Of a stretch of 64,000 bases of DNA, positions 26,616-38,574 are shown piece after piece; positions within the stretch are counted from its first letter, which is position 1, and each line of letters begins with the position of its first letter. The translations under genes were made by a program, and so were the position numbers. The notes below the pieces were generated by a model, which did no database searches, had not been told where the DNA came from, and saw only the letters and a list, made by a program, of their open reading frames with translations. The DNA is from Moniliella sp. 'wahieum' (taxonomy: Eukaryota): positions 310,001-374,000 of the forward strand of contig RSEE01000059.1 in the NCBI GenBank assembly GCA_003971905.1, read 5' to 3'.

Positions 26616-27261
26616 TTGACCGCGAGTCACGCGCGATGTCACTTGTAAGGTCCTACCGGCCCTACTCAATACCATCCCATCACGCTCTGCACTGCAATTT
26701 CCACAGCGTCCATCACTAGCTTCACACGCTTCACTTGCGGCTACGCATGTTGCACCCCATCGAACATCCGCCCTCCCAGCCACATTAAGGCGTCCCCGTA
26801 TCAGTACCTGACATCGCCGTTGCACTTCAGCTGCATCAGCACACGCGTTTTTTGGTTCCCGGTGCACGAACCCCATATAGACTCAAGATGCAACACTATG
26901 AGATCGATGCCATGACGCTAGTCTGTGTCCATCTGCTTAATGGGGGGCTCGAGGACAAAGTTGTAGCCACAGATATCAGGATCGGAATGGGTCAAGGAGA
27001 GATGGACATTTTTAAAAAACGAACAGCACAGAACCCCCCAGAGGACGAGAGGGGGAAGAAGAGGAGTGGGGCGAGGGGGGAAGAAGAGAGAGCAAAGGAA
27101 AACAAAGCCAACACCAGCGCTAAGCAAAGCAAAGCAGGGTGGAACGGTATCTGAGCTCTCACCGAGCCAATTCAAAGCGTACAGCAGCCTCCCAGCGGCT
27201 GGGGCTACAAGACGCAACGGCTCGTACTTCTTGAGTGTCCTGATGGGGAGACTTGTACTCT

Positions 27262-28219
27262 TTAGGCGGTAGGTTCGGCAGGCTTCTCGGCAACGGGCTC
27301 AGCCGCCTTCTCGGCAACGGGCTCGGCAGCTTTCTCTATGGGCTCCGCCGCCTTCTCAGCCGGCGCAGGAGCTTCCGCCGCGGCGTCGGAGGCGGGAGCC
27401 GGCTGAAGAGCCTTCTGCAAAGCGGGCAGGGCCTTCTCCTTGACGTACTGGAGAATGTTGTTGAACTTGGTCGAGGCCGGCACATTAGGCTCGGCCACCT
27501 CCTTGGACAGAGCGGCAAAGGCATCGGTAAACGTCTCCTTGACCGGGTGGAAGCGTGCCGGTCTCGGAAGGCAGGCTGAGAACGTAGGTGCGCACGCCAT
27601 CAAGCTCAGCGAGCAAGTTCTTGGACACCGCGTCGGCTTCGCGAGACGACTGACCCACAACCTCAGAGGGGGCATCCTTGGCCTTGGCCAGGGCGGCGGC
27701 GAGGGTGCCCTGGAGCGAGGTAAGCGTGGTAAGCGCTTTCTGGACATACTCATTGTGGCTCAGTTCATCGAGCTTGGCCGTGGTGGGGTTGAGGACGCGC
27801 GCAGCATAGGCTTGGGCCAGTGCCTGCTGCGCCGTGGCCGGCGCACTGCGCACCCCATTCGCCACATCGGCCGGGGTGGCGGTAAAGGCTGCGGGGAAGG
27901 TCTGCTGGGCATAGTCCAGGCCCTTGACTGCCAGCCCATCCAACGACTTGAGGTGAGGCTCGAGCCGCGAAGTGTACGGCTCGGCCGCACGCAGCCCCGA
28001 GGCGGCGAGGTTGCCGCCGGTAGCAACGGCGTTGGCCACCTGGGGGTAACCCGACAAGGCCTGCTGGGCGTATTTGAGCGAGTCGCTGACGAGGGGCACG
28101 TTGAGGATCTTGTTCACCGCCTCGCTCGAGGCAGGGCGGGCGCAGCGGCGGGCTCGGCAGCGGGGGCGGGGGCGCAGGGGGGGAGCAGCGGGGGCGGGGG
28201 CGGCATCGGGCGCAGACAT
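27262..28219 (-). CDS. Perilipin-like lipid droplet protein (CAP20/Mpl1-type)
   Basis: SEAVNKILNVPLVSDSLKYA...LRAAEPYTSRLEPHLKSLDGLAVKGLDYAQQTFP resembles the fungal PAT-like N-terminal domain. Amphipathic helical middle region and C-terminal (AEKAAEPV)n repeats. Confidence 0.75.
27270..27362 (-). repeat. 24-nt coding tandem repeat (A/IEKAAEPV x ~4)
   Basis: Repeated cttctcggcaacgggctc(a/g)gc units, translating to AEKAAEPIEKAAEPVAEKAAEPVAEKPAEP. Confidence 0.8.
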
Positions 28220-30699
28220 GATGGGAGAGGGGGGGGTGGAGGTGGGGAGGTTGAGAGGGCAGGGTGGGCCTAATATAGGGGTAGGCGAGCGGGGTGGGTT
28301 GGTGCGCGTGGGTGCTGCGAGCTGCGACGAGCGCGACACAGGCCCAGTGGCTGGGTGGCCTGTGGGCTTTCACACCCCCGTGCGCACCAGACTCACTGGC
28401 GCCGTGGGGGGGGGCATGTCGCCGCATGTGAGCAGTGCAGCAGCCGCATGTTTGCGTTGCTACTGTGTACTTAGGACTGGCTCTGACGCAACCCAACGCA
28501 ACGCCTTCCGTTTGCCACTCGTCCGCACTATGCGCAGACATTGATTTCCGCCTTTCACTTTTTGCTGGCTGCGCAGCTCTTCCGTCGGCTAGCCGGCCAC
28601 GGTGGGCCTGCCTTCATACCAGCACGTCCCTCCGCTTCTCCCTCCTGTGCCCCCCCTGCCTTCCACGGCCGGCCGTCCCACGTGAACCCTCCTCTCCGCC
28701 AGCAGCGAAAAGAGCAGCAGAGCAAGCTGAAAAAGGTACAGAGAGAGACCGGCTCCACACAAGGTATACTATGTATATCCCCCTTCTTCTCTGACCACAC
28801 CTGTTCAGTCTCAACGTGACTGTACTACACTCTACTGAACGTTGACGCGTTGACGTTGATGGTGAAAGACTCGATTCAATCACAAAATATCCATAGGGTT
28901 ACCTTGAGATGCCACAGGTCCTGCAGTCGCGTCCTATTGCAAACGGTGGGTGAATGAGGCCATGCATCAGTATCGCCTATACCACATCCACCCCTTCTCC
29001 CCGGCACATGCATGGCTGCAAAATGAATCCCACGTTGCCGAACCAAACTCATGGCCTCTCCGGCCTCGGAGAATGGTGGGCTCTGAATTGCCGGCGGGAG
29101 CCGCGACCGCATGTGTTCGCTCTTCGGTGGGACAGTGCTGACGGTTCAGAAGAATGAATACAGGTGGAAGTGAAAGAATCGGGTTAAGGGCAATGCACCT
29201 GCAGGATCGTCCCGAGTACTAGTAGTCGATCACCAGGGAGAGCCTGGACCGCAATGGCGCGTTAACTGAGAGGGCAACAGCTACGGCGTTCCGAGTATAA
29301 TATTCGCACTGTGCAGGAGGAAGCAGTCAGATATAGCTTTTGTAAGCTCCTGCGACGCTAATCCAGCCTTGAGGTGGCAACAGCGAGATGGAAAAGAAGG
29401 GGAACGAGGATCGACGGTATCCAATCCGGAGTGAGTCGCGAAACATACAGAAGCCATCTATAGCAACTCATCGCGTTTATAAACACTGTTGCTGAAGGAA
29501 GAGGAGAGGGAGCACGTGGTTCTGAGGACAGGTGCAGGAGGCTATGAGAACGGTAGCTGGGTCGCAGCAGGGCAAGGCGCTGCTGGCCGGCGGCGGCAAG
29601 CTCGAGGTGAGAAAGATGTTCGCCGTGTGGAAAAGGGCCTGTGCCTGGTGGAGGGCTTTGCGGTCTCTGCCGGGACCGAACCGGTGTAGCATGTAACTGC
29701 TGCTTCCTCCATCCGTCTTTTAAAGCTTGAAAAACTTGCTCACCTTGGATCGATCCTCGACATCTGGCACGTTGCAAGGCACACCAGCAGGAGCAGTGGC
29801 TAGTGGTGCCGGCCTGACGCGTGACGACAGGGCCTGGCAGGGCCTGGCCCCAGTGGGCTGGGGTGGGCTGTGGTGAGTACGACGGTGAGTGGTGGCGGGG
29901 TGCCCCAGGTGCGCACAGGTTGTCTCAGGAGCTCAGCCGCGGCAGGGGCTGCCAAAGTGGGGTTACGAAGCAGAAGAGGCAGCCACCGCGCCTACCCAGG
30001 CAGCAGACCGAACACGCCACGCTGGAAAACCCACCGGCGGGAGCAAGGGTCTTGGGCTGAAAGCGAAGCCAGTGGGGCGACGCAGACAGCGCACACGTGC
30101 CGGCCTTGAGCATGCCGCATCACCCGCACAGCGCCGGTGTGTTGCTGGCCTGCGTGGCAGGGGCGGAGGCCGTCGAGCGGGGCAGCATCCGGCCAGTGCG
30201 GGCCAACCCCCCACGGCCAACTGCGCCCCCGTGCGTGTCTGGCATCTGGCATGTGCCTCATCACAGTCAGGGATCATCGATCCGTGACGTGTGTCAGAAC
30301 GCTGCCGCACACTGCTCGGGTGCCTGTGTGTGTCGGAGAGCAACACACACCGCACAGGCACACTACTGGCACGCACACTGCTCTTGCGCTCATGCCGGGC
30401 GCGTGGACCCCCAGCTGCTATTAAAATCGCTGCTGCACACACTCACACTGGCCTGCTCTGCCTTTGCTCTGCACCAACCACCCTCCCCCCCATCCACCGC
30501 CCCTCCCCCTTCTTCGCTTGATCGCTTGTGCTGGCCACGAGCGTCCTTGCTTCCACCACCGCCACACCACCACACCCTCCCCAGACGCTCCCTTCTCTCG
30601 CCTCTGCTCGCTGCGCGACTCGTCCTGTCCCCTTCTCATCGCTGGTCGATCTCACTCTGTGCCCCCCTCTCTCCCTTAACCACTACGCACCACTACGCC

Positions 30700-31766
30700 A
30701 TGTCCGCTGCCACGATGGGATTCACTTCCTCCCAACTCCGCCGTCATCACGCGAGTCTCCTCCCGAAAGTTGTCCACAACGTCTCTCTGCTGGACCTGAT
30801 CAAGTGCTCTGTGTCTCGCGACATGATCGTCTACCTGGCTCACCAGGTCGCTCATGTCATTCAGTGCGACGACGAAGAGAGGAAGAGCAGCCCCCCACGC
30901 CTCTGCCGGGCGCCAGCCCGATCGACGTGGCGTACGCCGACCCTGCAGTGCACGCCCAGGTCGGAGGCCTGCCCAGCCTCAAGTCGTTCATTACCCAGTT
31001 GGTGGAACACTCCAATGTCCAAGTCTCGACTCTGGTCTGCACCCTGGTCTACCTCGCCCGCCTCAAAACGCGCCTTCCCGGCGTAGCCAAGGGCATGTCT
31101 TGCACCCGGCACCGTGTTTTCTTGGCCGCCCTCATCCTGGCTGCCAAGTATGTCAACGACTCGTCACCCAAAAACAAGCATTGGTGTCGCTATGCTCAAC
31201 TCTTCTCCCTGGCAGAAGTGAACCTAATGGAGAAGCAGTTGCTCTTCCTGCTGGACTACGATCTGCGTATCGAGGAGCCGGAGCTTGTCTCGTTTGTGGC
31301 TCCTTTCTTCCGTCACTTTGAACTGCCTGTTGACAAGGGTCGTCGGGAGATGTACCTCCGCGCAGTCGAGGCTGGGCGTGAGATGCAGCGCTACTCCCGT
31401 GCCTCTGAACGTCGCGTCTACCTTCGCTCTCTCCCCCAGGACGAAGTACCTTTCTGGAAGGAAGCTGTTGCCCCTGCTCTGCCTACGTCTGCTGAGCCCG
31501 CGACGGTGCCTTCGGCCCCGCATGCCTGTCACATGACAAGTGATGGGTCGTTGGGAAGCATCGTGACCGCTGTCTCCTCCCCCGACTTGGTGGACGACTC
31601 GGGGGCGTCATCAACGTCCACGTCTCCTTCGGACGATGCACACTCTCCGCCCACCCGAATGGACATTGCCAAAATCTTGTACCCCTACCGCGCCGACCTG
31701 GGCAAGGTCTCCTCCCCCGCTCCGCCGTGTACTGTCCCCGCATCCCTGCCCCGGCCGCAGCAGTGA
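30700..31766 (+). CDS. Pho85 cyclin, PCL1/PCL2-type G1 cyclin (frameshift near 30890; C-terminus may extend further)
   Basis: [18 protein letters not shown]...[10 protein letters not shown] and [68 protein letters not shown]...[21 protein letters not shown]. Confidence 0.93.
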
Positions 31767-32991
31767 CCAAGTCCACTTCGTACCGCGCGTATCCGCCGCT
31801 GAAGTATGCTGCGCGCCTACCCGGACTTCCCTGTCGCGGCATTTCTTCCAGCGGAGGGGCGCATGCGCACACTTCCAACGCTTGATTGCCGACCTACTTT
31901 ACTGCCCACCCCGGCCCATGGTCTTTTACCTTTCCAGCATTCTTTGGACCGATCTCGCCTTTCCTTCTTGACACTGGATCTTGTTTCGTCTCGTATCCCT
32001 GTGCCGTCTCCCGCGATGCCCCCCCCCCTGTCTCCCTCCCTCCTTAAGGGTGGGTCGTTTTGGACGTATGGAACATGGTACGACGGGGAAGCCTTGGCGC
32101 ACACCCCCCTCTCTCTACTGGTTGGCCTGAGGTGGGTGTGCTGTGTTACCCTCTCTATTCCGCTTGGATGCATCCCTCTTTCGGGATGCACCCTGCTCCC
32201 CCTCCTTACGCTGCATGGCTCCCTGTCCACTTTCGTTCCCAGTTCCTCCTCATACCTTGATCTCGCTCTCCCCTCGTTGGCCAGATCTCTCCCCGGACTT
32301 TTTCCTCTGATCGTTCTTGCATCCTGCTTGTGCCTCGGTCGGAGGTGGCGTTGACCGCTGCGCTACCGACGGGCCCCCTCATCGAGTCATCTCTCACCTG
32401 TTCTTTCTGTTCATTTATCTCTTCTCGCCCCATCCAGGAATGGGGGCTGACGTGAATGGAATTGGGCGTGCTTGTGTCGCAGGCCCGATCTGTAGGAGGC
32501 CGTACTTGCAGAGGAGCGGCGGGGCGGGCAGCGAGAAGCGCACGTGCTAGCAAGCGTAGGCAAGGGAAACAGGAGGCCGCCCAGCCCATCTCATCTGGCC
32601 CAACCAACATGGACAGCTCCCAAGCGGACGCGATCCGAAGAGGAGAGAAGGATGTGCCATCCCTGATGGGTTGTTTCGGATCGGCCGGGGGCAGTGGGGG
32701 GCAACCAAGAGCAAGGGGACGCCGGCAGACGAGTGCGTACCGAGTGTGTAGGCTGCGGATCGCAGACGCCAAGCGTGCCGCTGCGTACGTCTGTGCACAA
32801 TCGAGAGACTCGGCGGCGCACAGCCGCACAGCAGCCAGCGGCGCCCGCGACGCCGGAGCCCCGCTGACAGCCAATCCCGACCACCGCCCCCCCTCTGCGC
32901 AGCGGGGCAGGCAGGGCGGCAGTGTCCCCGCACCTACCTGGCCACAGTCCATATTAATGGTGTGGCGCCCGCTCACTTCTTTCCCCCCCCA

Positions 32992-33018
32992 TCCACCACC
33001 ACCACCACCACCACCACC
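32992..33018. repeat. (CCA)n microsatellite
   Basis: About 8 tandem CCA/CAC units. Confidence 0.8.
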
Positions 33019-33324
33019 GCGTCTCTCCTATGGACACGCGTGCTCACCCGTACCTTAGCCTCGGCGGACACACCCGCAACTCCTCCTCCCTCGACCAGCT
33101 CACCAGCTCGGCCGCACCCTCGACCGCCAGCTCGCACGCCCCCCCTCCCCCACCGCCGCGAGCGAACGCTAGCGAGCTCCGACTCGCTCCCTTTCCCCCC
33201 ACCCGCTTCCGCCACTGCACCTCGCCACCGCCCCCCCTTCCTAGCCTGCCCTTCTTGCCGCCGCCCTCCTCAGCATGCCCGCACCACTGTGCCTCGCTCC
33301 CTCCGGCTTGCCCAAACTGCCACA

Positions 33325-34878
33325 ATGGCCTTTGGAGTCGTCGCGGCCGGCTTGGCAATCGCTTTGGGCGCTGGCATCGTCGCCATCACCCGTACGTATC
33401 CTCGTCTACCTTGCCATCCCCCTTCATCCTTCCCATTTCTGCTTGCTCACCACTCACTCACTTTTCCTCTCCCCCCACTCCGCACCACAGTCAACAGCAA
33501 TACCTCCTGGGCCGGCACAGACCGCGAAAAGAAGTATGTGGTGCTATGTGCTGGCTTTAGCGCATTGGTATCGGGGTTCCTGCTAGGGTCGCTTGACCTG
33601 GCTGGTTGGCTTGGTGCGACGTACCTTCACGTGGGGACCGACCCGGGCCCTTGGGTCTTGGCCAGCAGCGTGGGATACGTTGCATTGGCCCCCATTGCCA
33701 TGTCTGGCCCGATCCCCTTGTCCCAGCACCAATGGCTCAGCGGGTGTCGGCATCTCTCTCGCTGCAGCGGGAGTGCTGCGGCTGGTGGCGGCTAGTGCCC
33801 AAGTTGTTCTTTCCTTGCGCCATCCCGCCCGTTCCTCCATTCCCTATCCCTGCCCAGACGAAGAGGGAGCGTGGACGGACAAGGATCCCGAGGTGGATCT
33901 GTACAACACCGACCGTCTCGTGCCCCACGCCGGCAGTGACCTGGACTCGACCGCGCCGTACTCGCCTCCTGTATCGCCCCCCGCGTTGCACTTTCCGCGT
34001 TCGGATGACCATCCGGGGGTGGCCGGAATCGGTGCGCACGCAGCCCAAGCGAGCACCGAGGAAGCAGAAGGCATACCTACACTTGCCACCGCCAACCAGC
34101 CGACGGCACAAGAAGGTGAGGCACGCAAGCACCGCTCTACCCAGTCCCTTCTTCAGTCCAAGGACGAAGTCTGGGCCGCCCATCCGTTCCTCAACCAAGA
34201 CCCCTATACCAGCGCCATCCCCGAGCGCCAGTCGCTTTTACCCGTCGCGGTCGCGCCAGTTGCATGTGTCCCCCCCGTAATGACCACCTCCCCGCCTTCG
34301 CCATCCCCATCCTCTCCATCCTCTCCATCCTCGCCATCCCAGCCCTCGCTGTTCCACAGTACCACCACAGCCGCCGGGGTGACGAGCGTAGCGACGACCC
34401 CCCAGCCTTCTTCCTCGGGTGAGGCACGTGGGCCGCCGCGCCCGTGACACAAGGACGTGCCCACCTCGTCCACCCTTCTGCTCCTGGCACGACACGCGCG
34501 CCCCCGTCCGACATGGCCTCGGTCCATCGGCACATTTTTGTCGAGGGCTTGGGCGAGTTGGCGTTGAGCTCGGACAGCGAGAGTGAGGCTTGGTCCGAGG
34601 AGCGGGACCAAGTGTGGCTCCCTGGTGCGCGGCCGGGCACCGGCGTGCCCGCGCCCACGCCCACGCGACGTGCTTCCTCCTTGCTCTCCCCCACTGAACG
34701 ATGGCAGCTCAAGGAGGCAAGGGCGATCAAACGCGTTCTGTCTTCCCGTGGACGCTCCCCCGCCGCCTCGCACCCGCCGCAACTCACCCCCTCCGCACCA
34801 CTTTCGTCCCGCGACCGACTGCATGCGGCGGCGGCGCGGCTCAGTGCCGAGCAGCGGGCGGAGGCGCCTCCGTCCTAA
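33325..34878 (+). CDS. Hypothetical membrane protein (N-terminal hydrophobic helices, Pro/Ser-rich cytoplasmic tail)
   Basis: ATG follows a C-rich leader. MAFGVVAAGLAIALGAGIVAIT, with introns 33392..33490 (GTACGT..CAG) and ~33534..33586 (GTATGT..TAG). Further hydrophobic segments, then long ORFs to 34878. No family recognised. Confidence 0.55.
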
Positions 34879-35622
34879 GAGGCCATATATATATATCGAG
34901 AGGAGAGGGGGAGATACGCGAGTTTTGAGCGCTTGACCTGCCTCCTCTCCAACCGTTTGCCCCTCTCCTCCTCTCAAGGACACTTGTTTCCCCCCCCCCC
35001 CTTCATGTGTTTCGGTCACTTTGATTCCCCCCTACGCCCATTCGTTTTTGGACACTCAAGTCTTCTCATGCATGCCTGTGTTATGTCTGTTGGTGGACTG
35101 GGACGGGTCCCGGGCCGCGGGCGAGCTCGGTAGATAAGGGAGGTAGGTGCAGATGGAATTAATTCGAGGAAACAGTCAGGATGGGGGTGCGAACGATGAC
35201 AAGAAAAAGGCTGGATGCGAGCTGTGGCTACTAACATGATATCGCGGGAAAAATCGGCTGTATGGATGTTCTCTCCCGACGCATCCGCACCATATGTTCA
35301 CGCATCCTCCGCCCCACCCACGAGGAAAGAGCGGGGCGCCTCCACGCGCACCATGGCTGTCGGACTGCCCCTCATGGGAGCTCCCCATCTCGCCCCCTCT
35401 CCTTTAGCAGCCAGCCCAGTTCCTGATTCTCTATGCACCGACGCTCACACAAATGACCGCAAAAAAGGGAACCACACAGCTCATTAATTGGGATCAGCGC
35501 CACGCCTTGATTTGCGTCAAAGAAAGGATAGCAGGTAACTCTTCCATGTCCTCCCAGTTGGCCGGGAGACCAAGGAATTGACACTGCCAGCACTCTGGGT
35601 TAGCAAGGCCTGCGCTCCAACA

Positions 35623-36856
35623 TTACGCAGGGCAGGTCACCAACGGACGACGCACAGCACGAGCTGGTTCCACTTGCAACCAAGTATGGGCAAACTTGAT
35701 GAGAATCGCCAGGTTCTCCATATGCGCCAGCGTGGAATCGCGAGCTAGCTCGAGCAAATGGAGCTTGCTCTGGATGGTAGCAGGGTCCAGGGAAGCAATC
35801 CGCTCCAGCTCCCTTGTCAACTCTTTCTCTTCCTCCCTTAGCTCAGCGAGCGTGGCCAGTTGCTGGGACCGGTGCTCCGTCGCAGTCCTCCGATCCCGCT
35901 CAACTTGAAGCGCGGCCTGGGCAAGGTGCAGCTTGGTCTGGGCCTCGGCTAGCGCGGTAGCACTCTGGTCGTGCGCAGTTTGGACCTGGGCACGGGCATC
36001 AGAAACCCAATACTGCAGTGGGTAGGGTAGGCTGGATGCTGGCTACTGGCGTCAGGGGGGAGTACGTACCACATGGATGCGTGAGATGCAAAGGACCAGT
36101 AATCTGTAGCAAGCGACAGGTCAACAACGTACCAACAGCAACACGTGCCGGGGATTGGGAGCAACATACAGTTGGCACTTCCGATCTGGTGTGGGCGGTG
36201 GGCAGGGGTTGGGCGGTTGGGTACATGTATGCATGGGTGTGTGCGGGAAGGCGTTAGTAGTCTAGACCGGATAAACATGGAGCGATGGGGAAAAGACACC
36301 TTCTCGCGCTCCACGCGGCCATCATCGACGAGCGAGTCGACGATCTCCTTCACCTGCGCAAAAAAGGAAAAGGAAATGCATCAATGATGTGGCACGCAGC
36401 GGTGGAAAGAAGAAGCGAGGCGAGTGTACCATCTGTTGCTCTGATCCAATTGTCAGCCGAGTGCAAGCCAAAATGACAGCGTGTTTGACGAGCAGACACA
36501 ACGTCTGTACATGTGAATGCGCCGGGAGGAAAAAGAGAGACAGACGTACGGATGCCGCGTTTGGGTGCAAGTTTCTCGAGTTCCTACAGCATGTCAAGCA
36601 TCAGCTCTCAACCCGAAGCATCCATACCAGCTTTACACACCTTGATATTGAAGAAATCGTGCTTGAATGCGGGTTGTCAGTCTCCGTCGTATGATTCTGG
36701 GGTGTGACGGTGGGGGGAGGGGGAGAGGCGTACCGAGTCGTGGATGAGCTGAAACTGTGGGAGCACACGTAACTGATCAGCCTCAACCACCGGCCATCAG
36801 AGGCCACGTACCATGATCTCCTCCTTCTCCTCTGTGCTGAAGCGTTTGGGCGGCAT
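35623..36856 (-). CDS. MND1: Meiotic nuclear division protein 1 (Hop2-Mnd1 complex), highly fragmented by introns
   Basis: Spliced reading MPPKRFSTEEKEEIM...HDFFNIK|ELEKLAPKRGI|QQQM|VKEIVDSLVDDGRVEREK|IGSAN|YYWSFAS, followed by a coiled coil and LDPATIQ...ENLAIL. Confidence 0.88.
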
Positions 36857-37339
36857 GAGGCGAAAGGGGGGTGGAGAGAGGGTGATGGCAAAGGCGAAGG
36901 AGAAACAGACTGTCGTCCAGGCCACACCTGGGCGCCCATTAAAGTACCTGCGGAATCCAGCCCTGCCGCGTCGCCCATTCCGCCGGGTGGGATGTGCCGA
37001 GAGACCCAGCGTCCAGTGTGATTGCCAATCGGCAATCGAGGGAGCGCGGCACAGAAGGACGCTTATGTCAGCCTTATCGATTATCCAAGGCCCGGTGGCG
37101 GTGGCTCGGCTTGTGCGGGCAACGCCCTTTTTAAGTGGGTCCTATGCTGGCTACTGCCGGCTACTGCCAATGCGGGGACACGCAAGATAAGTGGTGTGTG
37201 CTACAACGGAACGGCTGCCTATCTCTAAACCCACCCACGACTTCAAATCTCCGGCTGCCAGCTGGCTTCAGAGCTTCACGCTCAAGCGCCCGCACGTCCC
37301 CCGCAGCCGCGTTGCCGTCCCTTCTACCACCTTTGGGTC

Positions 37340-38574
37340 ATGACCGGGACCATCGAATTGCCTGTCGTCTCGCTTGCTGCCCCGCCCGCCGAGCTGGCCG
37401 CACAGGTACGTGCGGCCTGTGAAGGGGTGGGCTTTTTCTACCTCGCCGATCATGGCATCTCCGCGGCCCAGATGGAGGGTGCGTTTGCCCGCAGCGAAGC
37501 ACTTTTCAGCGACCGCTCGGATGCGGCCCAGGAAGACCGGCTCAAGTCTGCGGACCCTGGGGGCAACACGGGCTTCATCCGCTTCGCTTCTGAGAGGCTC
37601 GACCCAGCCAAACAAAGTGCCGGCGACCTCAAGGAGTCCTTCCATCTGCGTCGTTTCAAGCACGCTGGAAGCACGACGGACCATGAACCCAACCAACGCC
37701 TGCCAGCCGTGTGGAGCACCCTCAAGCCCGCGCCGAGCTGGATCAATTCTTCGAGGCGTGCAAGGCTGTCTCGCTCCGAATCCTGCAAGGCTTTGCGGAG
37801 GCTTTGGACGTACGCACCCACCCGTGATCCATCTTGCTCGTCAGTGACTAGTGATCTATGGACTTACTTGCCCTGATTATGATTCTTGCAGCTTCCGTCC
37901 GACTACTTTGCCAAGTGCCATCATGCCGAGCTGGACCGCCTGCGCTTCTTGCATTACCCTCCCGCGCCTATCTCCTCCTCGGCCGAGACGTCGGAGGTGA
38001 TCCGAGCTGGAGCGCATACCGATTATGGATCGGTGACACTGCTGTTTGTCCAAAAGGACGGAGTGGGCGGTCTGCAGGTAGACCTGGGGCATGAGAGCGA
38101 GACATCCACCGAGCCGGTATGGACCGATGTGCCGCCCAAGGAGGGCATGATCATCTGCAACGTGGCGGACGCCATTGAGTTTTGGACTGGGGGGCGGTAT
38201 CGTTCGACTGTGCATCGCGTCGCACTCCCGCTGACGGAGGCGCAAGCCAAAACTCGCTATTCTATGTGCGTAGCGTCTCGTGTCACATGCCATCGATCAT
38301 CGGCGGCTGGTCCTTCCTGTGCCTGTTTTGCTAACGTGGGAGAGACAGTGCCTACTTTTGCCAGCCAGACGAGGAGGCCGAATTCCGTCCGTTGGGAAAG
38401 GGGGGCGTTGCGCTGCCGATGAACGGACAGCAATGGCAGAGCACGTCCCCGGCGTTCAATAATAAGTTTGCTGCCATCCCTAAAGACCGCCCGATCACGG
38501 GGGGAAGCTACCTCCAAGCCCGCCTCGACGCTACCTACGACCACCGCCGCGAAGCCAAGGCCAAGGCAGCTTGA
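37340..38574 (+). CDS. 2-oxoglutarate/Fe(II)-dependent dioxygenase (IPNS-like, DIOX_N + 2OG-FeII_Oxy)
   Basis: LPVVSL...ACEGVGFFYLADHGI, GDLKESF, LRFLHYPP, RAGAHTDYGSVTLLF (HxD), NVADAIEFWTGGRYRSTVHRV (distal His) and RYS. Two introns. Confidence 0.93.

Noticed and set aside
27440..28273. Long antisense ORFs over real genes (also 40307..41161, 42419..43264, 58973..59707)
   Set aside because: Shadow ORFs caused by GC3-biased codon usage on the opposite strand.
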